From Octopus vulgaris (lineage: Eukaryota), in NCBI GenBank assembly GCA_951406725.2, contig OX597816.1:135966001-136030000 (forward strand): a stretch of DNA of 64,000 bases, in the 5' to 3' direction. The notes beneath the pieces are model-generated. The model worked only from the letters and a program-made list of their open reading frames with translations. It did no database searches and was not told the DNA's origin. The stretch's first letter is position 1; the number at the start of each line of letters is the position of its first letter. Shown here in pieces: positions 12,701 through 26,680 of the stretch. Both the position numbers and the translations under genes were made by a program.

Positions 12701-15700
12701 ACTGTCAACAAATAGCAATTAAAATATTGAAAATAATTATTAAAAGCATTTACTTAAATTCATATTCTGCCTGCCATCAAAAGGCCATTAAAGAAAAGAA
12801 AAAAAAATGTTTTTTTTTTTCGTAAACACAGCTGCTAGATAAGAGACCAAACCAAAACAAGCCTGTGACAAGTGAGAATTAGATTTCTAATTACAGAATG
12901 AAAACAAACGATAAAGAAAAGCACATTTTTCAAAAAAGGAATTAGAAATATTTATTTCTTTTTATTTTCTTTTTTTTTTTTGCATATTGTAAAAAGAAAT
13001 GTTATAATATCCCAGTGATGAGGCAGCAGTTTAGCTGAGATATCTACAAATTAGAAAGAAATTTTTACAAACAGAAATGGTGAACTATTTTATTCTACAC
13101 TTCATAATATTGAAAATAAAACAGTTTATATGAATTAGCCAACGATTTTTTAATCTTTCCCACTGTTTCAAGTGATCAATCTATTTAGTTTTCATAATCA
13201 ACAAGAGACAATTTCCAAGGAGCATTTTCAGTTAACAAGCTGAAGAGAAATTTGTTTTAAAATGAAATTCAATAATTGATATTTTACAACAGTATATAAA
13301 TATATATATAATGTGACACTATAGAGATATTGTGGATATAAGTATTAAAGAAAGACTAGGAAGTTATAGTCCTGCTTATTCCAAGAAGATTAGAGAATTT
13401 AATAAGCAATAGGCTTCAAACTTTATTTGGTGGAGACTGTTTGCTGTACAGTATCTTTGTTATAATATTATGTTTAAAGCTGTTTTGTAACAAAGATACA
13501 TTGAGGATTTGAGTGATTACTTTCATATAAAACAAAAATTAAATGCTTTCAAGAGAGACAAAAAGGGTTTTATCTTCTCTGTAATTGCTACTATTGGTTT
13601 TTAAATAACAACTCTATTACTAAACAAAAGTTTGAAACCCAGTTAAAAAAGGGGGAATTTTGCAGACATGTCTATTAAAAACGTAAATAAATAGATAAAA
13701 ACCAATCCTTACTCTCAACTATTCAATGTAAAATAGAAGAAAATTTTTTACCTGAAACTACGCAAAGTTTCTTATTTGATTATCTGTATATAAAATCTTG
13801 ATAACATTATTTATCAGAAAATAATCCCTTTTATAAATAGGAGCTGAATTACCTGTTTTAGAAAGGGTGAAATTAAACCACAATAAACCTTGATATTTAA
13901 AAATTAATTACAAATACATAATTAGAGTTAATAATCTAAGAGTTACTTGAGACATGTACCAATAAATACTCTTGCAGAATATCTTTGTAATTGTTCAATC
14001 CTGTCCACTTGTACTATCTGGCAGATTAATTAAGCTAACATTATTTGAATCTATTAGAGGACAATATTCTTTCCATTCTGAGCAAATAAACGATATCAAA
14101 ATTGTAACATATTGCAATTTATTTACTTCGCTAGCAAGAGAAAGATAGGGATAACAGCAGACTAAGTAAATTAGTATGCTCTCTCTCTCTTTTACGTTGA
14201 AAATAACAGAAAGAAAAAAGTGGTTGACCTCATTAGAAAGATACATAATACTGAATTAAGGTAAATATATCCTACTGTAGAAAATTCCAACCCAAAAGAA
14301 AATGGAATAATGCAAGCCAAAATATGACAAAACTTTAACAAAATTAGCATTCTTCATTGAATTCCATAAAAAGTCAAAAACTATGATTATTATCTTTTTT
14401 TTTTCTCAATCCCATTTCTTTACATTATTACCAATCCCAAAATTGTAATCTATAATAACAAACAAGAAATTCTGTCTGTGTGGGACCCCTGTATCTCAGT
14501 ATACATTTGCTCTACATAGACATATTATACTTTTTTGGAATCAGGATGATCCTGGGATTGACTATCTGCCCTTCATTTAGTTCTTGAACAACCAGCATTG
14601 GGATCAAATTTAAAAGCATTTGGAATGCTATTTCTAGCAGGTAAAGCTTGTCTGATTCACATCATCTTGGTTGGGGCTTTTCAGATGATGTCAGAGATTT
14701 TATATTGAGATAAAAACTTTGGGACAAATTGGCCAACAGTTGGAATTTAACTTGGGACTGGAACAATAGAATGATTGCATTACAGAATAAATTCTCATCC
14801 GTCCTTAGCTTCTGATCAGACACCACCAGGGCATATAGTCATTACAGACATATTATAATCATGCTATTTAGCTCTTTTTAGTTTTGGGCTACAGGCTCAA
14901 TTAGCCCTATGCAAGAGCTAGCCTAAAAGTCCACACAGAGTGTGGCTCTTAAGCTAGTTATTTCATAAGTGGTTTCTGGAATATAACTAATAGAAATAAA
15001 AAATACATTTAAACAATTCTAAATATGAAATATAGAATAAATTAATAAGTGGAAATAAAAATTGCTTTAAATAAATAAATATATAGATAAATAAATAAAT
15101 AAATAAATAAATATATAGATAAATAAATAAATAAATAAATAAATCTCAGATTCTTCATATTCAGATGGCATGGTGATAATTATTCAGTTTCTTTGGTACT
15201 GAATAAAGTAAGATCGGATAAAATTTAAAGCTCACATGAAGTTGACAATAATAACTTAATGTAAAGATTATAAACTGATGTAATTAATTGTATAAAACAG
15301 CCAGAAAAGGAAGTATTGACTGATAACTGCAATTAAATAAAATGAAATGGTTTATAAAAAGGTGGTGGTGAAACAAAATCTCCAATAGCAAAAAAAAACC
15401 TAAATTGAAAATATCAAACAATATTTTGATCACCAGTTTATACAGAGAAATGAAAAACTGGTTAATCTTGCACACAAAGAGTATGTATTTTTACTAAAAC
15501 CGCACTTGCATTTCACATATGTGTGCTTTTTGAAATAATCTTGCAAACATAGCAGTACAGTAGTAGTCTGTTTTCAAACTCATACAAGAGGCTTCGATAG
15601 CATCTTCTCTTAAACTGCTTCAGACAAATTCTTTTCAAAAACTTTTGAAGCGCTTATTTTATTCATTTTCACTAGCTACTCACTAAGCACTTCCCGAGTA

Positions 15701-17120
15701 ACTCTGCTATTTTTTAAATAGCAAAATCATAGAACTGACACATTATGAATCAAACAAGAAGGTTGATAATTTATATTCTACAATTAAACCAATTCATGGT
15801 GATTAATGAAGACAGTAAACAAAATAATGAGGGCACTGGAATATTTCATATTACGTGGTAAATGGGGAGAGAGGTAATTTAATCTAACAAGAAAATTAAG
15901 AGATACTTTTTATTTTCTTTTATGAGCAGGAACTAATATTTGCACTTCCAGGTGGATTGTGTCAGTGTTGCACTTTACTAATCAGTACAAAGCAAAAGCT
16001 GTCTAAAAGAAGCGAAAATAAAGACACAAGCTAATAATGATAATAAGCAATAGGAGCAAATAATTGTGGAAAAAAAAATGAAAAAAAATTAACATGGGCA
16101 AATAAAAAGACACTTTAAAGCTAGAAATAAAAATAGACACTTTTAGAGATGTAAATAATCATATAAGCTATAAAAGAAAAATATGAAAAAAAAAAAAAAA
16201 CTCTAAAACCTAAAATTCTTGAAATTTTTTTTCATACAGTGCAAGATGAATTGTAACTGTAAAACAATATTCCTAAGAAAATAATATAAAGTTCATGATT
16301 TATAACTTGTAAATGAATCAAATTTGGGCATAAACTTAATTGTCTTAAATATTTTTCATTTTTCTCAAAATTAAAATGAGTTACAAAGAACAATAGCTTA
16401 AATAATATGGTCATGAACAGCTTTTATTATTGTGGTGTTATCAGTTGCTCTAGTTTTTCTACAGCTGACGGACCAATAATTTGATGTTATCTGCTTTGAA
16501 ACCAGCGGATATAACCTGTTCAGGCCATCATGAATATTTTGGCAGGGATCTTCAAATACTAAGTCTTCAGAAAGACAGGTTATTAAAGAATTGAAGATAG
16601 AAGAATGAGATTTCTACTTTTCCCTTGCATTTTTTTTTCTTGCCTTAGCATCTCTTGTGCATTGATCTATCAAAGGAGCTTTGATATACTGTAAGTAGTT
16701 AATATGAATATAGTTACTAAATCTTTGAGTATACAATCACACAGCCATGGACTACCAATGCCATGAATTAGAAGGTCACAGCATTAATCCATAAGAAGCT
16801 GAGAATATCAACAAAATATAAATAATTCTAAATGTTTAACAAAAATTAAAAAAATAAAATGAAATGATGTATGAGAGATAAACATATGACCTGGAGTTCA
16901 TTCACTAAAAAGTTTTGAAAAATCTAATTTCCTTATTCTGATAGTTGATTAGACTTGTGATTGTAAAACAGAAGTTTATGTAGAGATTAAATTGTTTATT
17001 ACTACGTCACGACATTTGAGTTAATTTGATATACATTTAATTGAGCTTGTAAAATAGACTATATTGACTATAATAATGATGATGATGATGATGATGACGA
17101 CGACGACGACGACAATTATA

Positions 17121-17360
17121 ATCTTTTCTACTATAGACACAAGGCCTGAAATTTGGGGTTGGGGGCAGAGCCAGTTGATTACATTGAGCTCAATACTCAA
17201 CTGGTACTACTTATTTTACTAACCCTGAAAGGATGTAAAGCAAAGTTGACCCTGGCAGGATTTGAACTCAGAACATAAAGACAGATGAAATGCCACTAAG
17301 CATTTTGTCTGGCATGCTTACAATTTTGCCAGCTCACTGCCTTGCAGCAACAGCAGTAGC

Positions 17361-17408
<48 letters not shown>

Positions 17409-17638
17409 TATAATAATTATAATAATCCTTTCTACTATAGGCACAAAACCTGAAATTTTGGGAGAGGGGTTAAGTCGATTACATTGACTGCAGTATTCAA
17501 CTGATACTTAATTTATTGACCCCAAAAGGATGAAAATCAAAGTTAATCTTGGTGGAATTAGAACTCAGAATCTAGTGACAGGCAAAATGCGGCTAAGTAT
17601 TTTGTTTGGCATGCTAACGATTCTGCTAGCTCACCACC

Positions 17639-17640
<2 letters not shown>
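17121..17640 (-). mobile_element. Two tandem tRNA-derived SINEs (family A) separated and flanked by (AAT)n
   Basis: Minus strand reads AGGCAGTGAGCTGGCAAAATT...GAGTTCAAAT...TTTCATCCTTT...AAGTACCAGTT; the same unit recurs ~17 times in the window. Confidence 0.85.
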
Positions 17641-17690
<50 letters not shown>

Positions 17691-19484
17691 AAAAAAAAAA
17701 TATTATTATAAACTTCTTCCAGTAATTGAGAGTAATTCATTATCACTGTTTTATTCAACTGATTAACTTGTTTCTCCAGTGTTTGATATAACATTAAATG
17801 CTACAAAACATTTTTTATAATATATGCTTTACAAATCAAAAAAAAAAAAAACTTACAAATTTCCATTTTCATCAGAACTAAAATAATTATTAATAACTAT
17901 TAAATTTGGTCCATAACATCTATTAACTTGTTCAATCTTAAAGCTTAAATATATGAACTGTCACATTTATATTTTTACATCTGTATTTTTATGGGTTGAT
18001 CAGGTCTGCAAAATGTCCCATCTTAAGTATTCCTTACCATCTTTTTTTTTCTTTTCAATTTTAAGCCCCCATACACTATGTTTTTTGGAGGTAATCTTAC
18101 TAACTAACACTAAACCACTTAACTTGCTTAACTGGAATGATTTCACAAGAATTATATTAACACAGAATTTTTGTTTTTTTCTAATCATTCTAAGAATCCA
18201 TGAAGAGGCAGAGTTAGAGCAAAAGAAAAGGATAGAAAAAATGGAGGCTTATAAATATTTGAAACCAGAATACATCTTAAAAAAAATTCCACTCAGCTAC
18301 TTACAGATTATAAAAGAATCAAATAAGAATGAAAGATATATATTACAAAGTAGAAATAATAATTTACTTTAGTAATGATCATATCCTTTGAATTTTGTCT
18401 CCTTAGATCTGAAACATGCCTCAGGTTTACCTAAAATATGCTCATTTCCTAGTCACTGCACCTACTGTCCTTTAATATAATCACATTAACACTAATCTAT
18501 GAATCATACACATCTTGACAGTAAAAGGAGTAAAAATTTTAAAGTTCAATGAACATTTCTCTGATTTACAACAACATATACTAGCAGTAACAATATGGGT
18601 TTGAGTAACTGAATTTCTTTTTATTATTTATTAGAATAATAACTTAAAGAAAGGATATTCCTAACTTCAATATGAAATATCTATCTATATATGTAACAAA
18701 ATTATTTTATATAATTCACACAGTTATTAATAATTATTTGGAAAAATAAAAAAAATATCCTAAATACCATTTAGGAAAGACAATTTTATATCACTGTGTC
18801 TTACTTTCTTTGAGGAAATTGAAGATTATTATAATAAAATATGATAATAAACAAATCAAAGGCTTGTGAGGAAGGTAGTCTCTTATTATTGCTGCTGTGT
18901 TCGAGATGATAAACATACAAATATTTATAGAAGTGTCAATTATTGAGAAGGCAAGAGTGGCAGCAGGCAGAGAATAAAAGTGCTTAAGTATATACAATTA
19001 CAAGCATCATACTGGTGGGTGAATGGTGCTGAAATAGCCATGTGCCCAACAGAGACAAAAGCAACAAAGAATGGAAGAATTATCACAAACATAGGTAAGT
19101 ATCATTGTCAAGATGAAATATTTACAATGAAAATGGTATCCACATTGCTTAGTTGAGGTAAGCAAGAGTAGAAGAAAAAAAAAGAAAAAGAAAACTCAAA
19201 GACCAGAACAGCACGACCTCCTTTGAATCATTCATACCATGCATATGTCAAACATTTTTCACATACAAGATAATTCAATATATATAATTACAAAAATACA
19301 CTATATTATAAACCTAAAAGACATTACATATTCTAGTGCAAGCCAGTAATTAGTTTGGTATATATATATAGTAAGTAGCTTGCTTACCAACCACATGGGT
19401 CTGGGTTCAGTCCCACAGTGTGACACCTTGGGTAAGTGTCTTCTACTATAGCTTCAGGCCGACCAAAGCCTTGTCATTGGATTT

Positions 19485-19540
<56 letters not shown>

Positions 19541-19998
19541 AAATGCTAAGAATTTTTGAAATTATTTTATTACCCCCTTGTGCTTGTTCTTTCCCAACTA
19601 TTAACTGGGAATAATAAAAGCAGTAATTGTATAGGCAATTAGTGCTCTAAAAAGGATTAACTTTCCTGGTTATCTCTAAGACTAATGCACCAAAGTTTGG
19701 AAAGGCTTTGGCCATTGTAACTGCTGAATATATTGACTAATTTAGAAAATATAATCTGAGATATTAACAATCTCTGCAACTCCAGCCCTGTTACTGTTTT
19801 TCCTTTACAAATATTGGTCTACTGATACTCAAGTAGAACATCTGTAAAGGCTATGAACATGTCAACTCTTCCTTGACTAAATAATATTGATGAAAAAAAA
19901 AAAAAAAAAAATTTCAATATATACATATATTCACACATACAATCAAACAGGCTCCAAAGAGACTTGTTAGTCTGCATCAGTTAGACTTGTATTATTTC

Positions 19999-20238
19999 GT
20001 AAAAACTGACAAAAAAAGTAGGGTGAACTTGCCATGAGGAATGGAAAATTCAATGTTTCAGACAGAGTCCTTCTTCTCAGGGATAAGATAACAGGAGTGA
20101 AAAGATAGACAGAAGAGTGTTACATCTTCACTTGCCTCTTTAATTTCACTCCTGTCATCTAATCCCTGAAGAAGGACTGTCTGGAATGTGGGATTTTCCA
20201 TTTGCCATGGTAACTTCACCATACTCTTGTCATTTTAC
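19999..20238. repeat. Inverted-pair element with degenerate hammerhead-like motifs in both arms
   Basis: Arms ~19999-20102 and ~20144-20238; AATCC-CTGAAGA-AGGACTGTCT-GGAA-TGTG-GGATT at 20161-20195. Confidence 0.75.
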
Positions 20239-20317
20239 CATACCTCAAACACATACAACACATATTATACATATATATATATATATATATATATAGATAT
20301 ATTATATATATATATAT

Positions 20318-20460
20318 GGCGTTAGGAAGGGCATCCAACTGTAGAAACTCTGCCAGATCAGATTGGAGTCTGGTGCAGCCATCTAGTTCGCCAGACCTCA
20401 GTCAAATCATCCAACCCATGCTAGCATGGAAAGCGGACATTAAATGATAATGATGATGAC
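20318..20460 (+). mobile_element. RTE-LINE-type 3' tail / SINE tail ending in (GAT)n
   Basis: AGGAAGGGCATCCA...CCAACCCATGCTAGCATGGAAAGCGGACATTAAATGATAATGATGATG; related tails at ~24730, 35050, 44600, 44940, 47700, 49830, 61660, 61880 and 62880. Confidence 0.75.
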
Positions 20461-20689
20461 ACACATATACATATAATATATATTATATATACATACATCA
20501 CATATTATATATATACATATATATTACATAAATATTATACATATAATACGTATGTATATATATACATATTATGCATATATTTACATATTTTATATATATA
20601 TGTATATATATATATATATTATATACATAGATATTATATACATATACATATATATATATACATACATATTTTATATATATCTGTATATA

Positions 20690-20736
<47 letters not shown>

Positions 20737-21325
20737 TACATAGATATTATATAAATATTATACATATATATACATACAAATTATATATATATATATATTA
20801 TATATATTCAGATATATACATATAAATATATCATAAATATATATACATACATTTATATATATATACATACATATATATATATATATATTATATATATACA
20901 TAGGTATTATATTCATATTATAAATATATATACATACATTTATATTTAATATATATATAGAATACATACATAGGTATTATATACATATTATACAAATATA
21001 TACATACATTTATATTTAATATATATATAGAATACATACATATGTATTATATACATATTATACAAATATATACATACATACATATTTTATATAGATATTA
21101 TATATATATTAAATGTATATATACATACATATATTTTATATATGTATATATATATATATATTATATATACATAGGTATCATATACATATTAAACAAATAT
21201 ATATTATATATATATATACATAGGTATTATATACATACATACTTTATATATATATATATATAACACACACACATATATATATAACGCACACATATATATA
21301 TATAACACACACACATATATATATA

Positions 21326-21381
<56 letters not shown>

Positions 21382-21390
21382 TATATATAA
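20461..21390. repeat. ~930-bp degenerate (TA)n/(TACA)n microsatellite
   Basis: Almost pure A/T alternation with an internal ~60-bp tandem duplication near 20925-21070. Confidence 0.95.
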
Positions 21391-21710
21391 AGACAGACAT
21401 TCATGTCTATATGTATGGTAAACTATAACATAAATGAAAAGCTAATGGGTATGTTTAAAAAAATGGTAACATGTCTCGACCTGTTACTATTTTTTTAAAC
21501 ACCCATATAGACGTGCATACACATTGATATGTCTATCTCCCCCCCCTCTTCTCTCTTACTATTATTATTACTGTTATTTTTGCCCCTTTTAAAACTTACT
21601 TGTAAATATCTGATTTTTTTTCCTATAACCCCATTTGTATTCTCCCTTATTGTATCTTAGTTTAATTGGCTTTATTGTATTAAACCTTTTTTTATGTCCT
21701 TACAAATTTC

Positions 21711-21817
21711 CTCACACTGATGAAAATGACAATGCATAAATTTAATTACAATTACTATGTTTATAATTTTTTTTCTTACATATTTGTATTGTCCTTTGAA
21801 ATACACATATGTATTGA
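21711..21817 (+). ncRNA. Degenerate hammerhead-like motif with long stem II
   Basis: CTGATGA 21717-21723; AAATGACAATGCA pairs with TGTATTGTCCTTT; GAAA 21798-21801; stem III ATACA/TGTAT; stem I poor. Confidence 0.42.
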
Positions 21818-22053
21818 ATCCTATTTTGTATTAAATCTAATTTTGATTCAACATCTTTTTCTCCTTCATTTTCTATACTTGTTCAGGGTATTTTTATACC
21901 TACAACAATATTTTTCAACTATTATTTTCATATTCTTATTACTTGCTCTGGTTGATTTTTATGAATATGATGAATCTTTATTAGAAATCATACTTTCTCT
22001 CTTTTTGGATCTCTCAAAAAGTTTAAATTGTTCTCTTTTGAACTTATTTTTTC

Positions 22054-22101
<48 letters not shown>

Positions 22102-22134
22102 ATATATATATATATATAAACATATATATGTAAA

Positions 22135-22167
<33 letters not shown>

Positions 22168-22934
22168 CACTACACATTATATATATATGACACATATTAT
22201 ATATATATATAATGCATGTATGTATATATTTGGTGGACAGATTAATTTGAGTAATATTGAAGAAGGGTGTAATTTTTTATTGATAATTTTGCTTTGAAAA
22301 TTCAATCCAGCTACAAAACTATTCCTAATTACTCATTTAAGAAGGAAGGGTGAGACCTGTTGTCAACCACATGGTCTGAGGCAAGCAGAATAATAGATAT
22401 TGCCTGAAATTAAACGTTTCCAAAATACAATGGCATGTGTGGATGCATGTGTTTCTCTGTGTGTGCATGTGTGTATACATATACACATATACACACATAC
22501 ATATACAAACACACATCTTGCACCACAATCATGTATAAAAAGACTTTCAATGTATTTGTCCATTCACAGAGTTGTATACATAAGAGAACAAAAGACTGAA
22601 AGAGAGAGAGAGAGAGAGAGAGATGGAGGAAGAAAGAAAGAGATTGAGCTAAATGCTCACAGGAAGATATTACATGCTAATCACAGAACATTGAGCAAAA
22701 AAAAGCAACACCAAAATTAACAGAGATAAGGGATTAAGGTAATGAGAGGTGGAAGGGTGCAGAGGGATTAAAGAAATACGAGGTAGAAGGGGATTAAAAT
22801 AGTGAGAGATGACAAGGGATTAATATAGTGAGGATTAAAGTTGTAAGAAGTGAAGTGGGATTAGTGAGAGATGGAAGGGTATTGAAGTATTGAGAGGGAG
22901 AATTACAGTAGGAGGAGGATTAATGATAAGAAGA

Positions 22935-23159
22935 TTAAGCCTTTAGGATTTAAACTGGTTATATTAGGCCCTTGTATTGTACCTATTTTATGTTTAAACT
23001 GACCAGGTCCAACCTCTCACACCTACACAACAATGTTATTCTAAAAATAAACTTTCACATCATTGAAACCTTGAAGCTACAGGATAATGTATGCTTAATT
23101 TAAAACAAAATGAATAAATAACCATAACATTTGACATGTAAATGCTAATAAAGGATTAA
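22935..23159 (+). mobile_element. TTAA-flanked MITE (piggyBac-like), inserted in a GGGATTAA purine-rich degenerate repeat
   Basis: TTAA-GCCTTTAG...AAAGGA-TTAA; homologous to copies at 35890-36109, ~40495-40630 and 57183-57388. Confidence 0.7.
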
Positions 23160-23716
23160 AGGAGAGGTGGAAGTGAGAGGTAGAGGGAATTAAAATAGCG
23201 ACAGGCCGAAGGGATTAAGGGGTGAGAGGTGGATACTATATAGACTCAAATGGGAAAAATAGTAATAGTAGAACCTCTTTCAAAAGAAGAGATATTTGAT
23301 GTGAGTTGGATTATTGCAAATTTGAAAAAACAAATGTTGTTAATCACATTGTTAAATCACTAGTTATAGACTGGATGGCAAATCTCTGGTGAACAAACTC
23401 TGAACCAAGTTCAAATTTAGTTTAAGCAATTTCTTTTATTTCACTAAAGTCCCTGGTAAAAGTATATACATTATATCTCTCATTCAGCCAACTACTAAAG
23501 CCAGTTTGGATGATTAACTATTGATAGAACCTCTAGTCTCAACATTGAAAAAGCCAAGTTTTTATTGAAAAATTAGTGAAGAAACTGAGAATAATCAACT
23601 ATTAATAGTACTGCAAATCTCAAAGTTGAAGAAGTTGAATATTTATCAGAAATTGGTAAGGAAACTGAGTCCATGGGATAAATAGTTATATAATTTTTAT
23701 AAATTACTTAATAATA

Positions 23717-24040
23717 TTCTTTTCAACTCTAGGCACAGGGCCTGAAATTTTTTGGGAGGGGGCCAGTTGATTAGATCTGCCCCAATATGCAACTGGTACT
23801 TAATTTATCGACCCTGAAAGGATGAAAGGAAAAGTCAACCTCATCGGAATTTGAACTCTGAATGTAAAGACAGACAAAATACCGCTAAGAGTGCTAACAT
23901 TTCTTTTCTACTCTAGACACAAGGCTCGAAATTTTTTGGGAGGGAGCTAGTCGATTAGATCGACCCCAGTATGCAACTGGTACTTAATTTATTGACCCCA
24001 AAAGGATGAAAGGCGAAGATGACCTCGGCAAAATTTGAAT
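23717..24040 (-). mobile_element. SINE family A dimer
   Basis: Two partial units head to tail, flanked by AATTACT(T)AATAATATT-like direct repeats. Confidence 0.8.
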
Positions 24041-24179
24041 TACTTAATAATATTAAAAACAAACTGGTTACAATAGACAAAATATCAGAAAGAAAGCTGA
24101 CTGTTTCAGAGAAAGATAACTAGAAGGAACTGTGGTGGAATTTACATTAGCTACATGATGACGTTGTTTTAGTATCATT

Positions 24180-24560
24180 CATCTTTTACTTATTTCAGTC
24201 ATTAGACTGTGGCCATGCTGGAGCACCGCCCTGAAGAATTTTAGTTGATTCAACCCCAATAATAATAATTTTTTGTAAAACCTGCTACTTATTCTATCAG
24301 TCTCTTTTGCTGAACTGCTAGATTACAGAGACATAAACACACCAATTCCAGTAGTGAAGTGATGGTGGGGGACAAACAGACACAAAGATACACACACAAA
24401 CACACACATACATACACAACAGACTTTTTTTTCAGTTTCCGTCTACCAAATTCACTCACAAGGCTATAAGTAGAAGACACTTGCGAAAGGTGCTACACAG
24501 CAGGGCTGAACCTGGAACCATGTAGTTGGGAAACAAACATACCACACAGCCATGCGTACA
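24180..24560 (-). mobile_element. tRNA-derived SINE family B (long form)
   Basis: Minus strand GGCTGTGTGGTA...GGTTCAG...AAGTGTCTTCTACT...CTCCAGCATGGCCACAGTC...TGAAATAAGTAAAAG; relatives at ~19370, 25000, 34800, 45450, 47940, 52380 and 56290. Confidence 0.78.
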
Positions 24561-25825
24561 CCTAGTACACCAATCAAATATTGTACACTACCAAAATATT
24601 AAATATTTCACTGACTAAACACCATCAATGGACATCTTGCTATCCAACACTGAATTAGAAAAAGCTGTTAACATTAACTTGTTTTCTAGTAATTTCTAAT
24701 AAACTATTAATATCCACTAGGTTGTTTCTAATCATCATCATCATCATTTCAACATCATTATTTAATGTCCACTTTTCCATGTTTACATGGGTCAGATGGA
24801 ATCTGTTAGGGCAAGTTTTTTTATGGGCAAGTGCAGATGCCCTTCCTGTCACAAAACCCCTAGTTACCAGGAAAGGTAATATTTCCCCCATAGCTAGACA
24901 TAGTTTTCATGGCAGACTGGAAACATACATCCTTGCTTGCATGATAATGATGCTCATTTACAACCATCATATCTAGGCATGGGTACAAACACACACACAC
25001 ATGACAAGCTTCTCTCAGTTTCCATTTACCATATCCACTCATAAAACTTTAGTTGACCCACAATTATAGATGACACTTGCCCAATGTGCTGTGCAGTGGG
25101 GCTGAACCTGAGATCACATGATTGAGAAGCAAGCTTCTTAACCACAGGTGTGCCTATTTCTAAGTATATACAAAAGTAATTTACCAAAAAATGGTAAGGG
25201 CAGGTTCTATAAATATTATACAATATTTATTTCAGAGAGACTGGACATCAGTATGCATGTGTACCAAAATGTTCTTCAATTTTATGTGAAATATACAAAA
25301 AATTGATAAACAACACTGATGTTTTTCTCTATTCCTGCAATAATATTTTCAAACTATTGCAGGCTGGACAGACTGAAATGGACTAAATATTTTCATAATA
25401 ATGATTTCTTCCTTTATTTTAATAATAATAATGATGATCTATTCTATTTCATTATATTCCCCACCACCCATAAAGAATGTTATCTTTTAACAATGCTGGA
25501 TCCACTGACACACAATCAGGAGTTCAGCATTTTCAGAAACCATGGCTAAAACTAATAATTTTCCTTTGTCTTAAGATGCTAACAAATTTTCTGTTGTGTT
25601 TACGTGATTAATAGTAGTAAAGATATTGAATTGATTATATTGAATTTCCCATGTTCAATCCATTGCAGGCTGAGGGCCTAAGCATATTCTCTCCATCAAC
25701 CACAATCTTATGTGGAAGCCATGAATTTGAGCTTGAGATCACAATGGGTTGATAAGCCTTACTGGCTCAACATGACTAGGCAGAGGGGTACAGTTTTTTT
25801 TTATATACTCCTACTCAGGACTAGT

Positions 25826-26680
25826 AAAGTCGATTACATCAACCCCAGAGCTCAACTGGTACTTATTTTATCAACCACAAAAGGATGAAAGGCAAAGTTA
25901 ACCTCAGCAGAATTTAAACTCAGCACATAAGGACAAACAATCTACTGCTAAGCATTTTGCCCGGTGTGCTAATGATTCTGCCAGCTCACTGCCAAGTAAA
26001 GGTATAATTCTTTCTACTGGAAGCACAATGCCTCAAGTTTGGGGGAAGGGATTAAGTCGATTACATCGACCCCGAAAGGATGAAAAGCAAAGTTGACCTC
26101 GACAGAATTTGAACTCAGAATGTAGCGGCAGACAAAATACCACTAAGCATTTTACCTGGCATGCTAATGATTCTGCCAGCCCGCCACCTTAAGTAAAGGT
26201 ATAATAATGTTAAAACAAACCACATTAGCAATGAACATAACAACATAAGAATAATAATTTCTAATTTAGGCACAAGGCTAGTAATTTTGCAGGGAACTGA
26301 CTTGTCGTTATCAACCCTAGTATTTGACAGGTACTTAATTTTATCAAGCTAAGAGTGATGGAAGACAAATTTCATCTCAGAACATAAAGGGCTACAAGAA
26401 ATACTACAAGATATTTTTCTAATGCCCTATGATTCAACTGACCATCATCCCACAACAATTGTTTCTAATATAGTCACAAGGCCCGAAATTTTGGAGGGAG
26501 AAGTTAGTCAATTAAGTCCACCTCGGGATTTAACTAGTACATTATTTTATTTTAATCCCTGGAGGGATGAACGGTAAAGTTGACTTCTGCAGGATTTGAA
26601 TTCAGAAATGTAAAGAGACAGAAGAATTATTGCAAGGCATTTTGTCCAAAGCTCTCAACAATTCTGCCAATCTACAGCCC
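25826..26680 (-). mobile_element. Cluster of four SINE family A copies
   Basis: Repeated GGCACAAGG...ACTGGTACTT...GGATGAAAGGCAAAGT...TTTGAACTCAGAA units; one copy has a 15-bp TSD AAGTAAAGGTATAAT (25994, 26191). Confidence 0.82.

Noticed and set aside
20552-22195. YIYI/CVCV-rich ORFs here and elsewhere
   Set aside because: Translations of (TA)n/(CA)n microsatellites.
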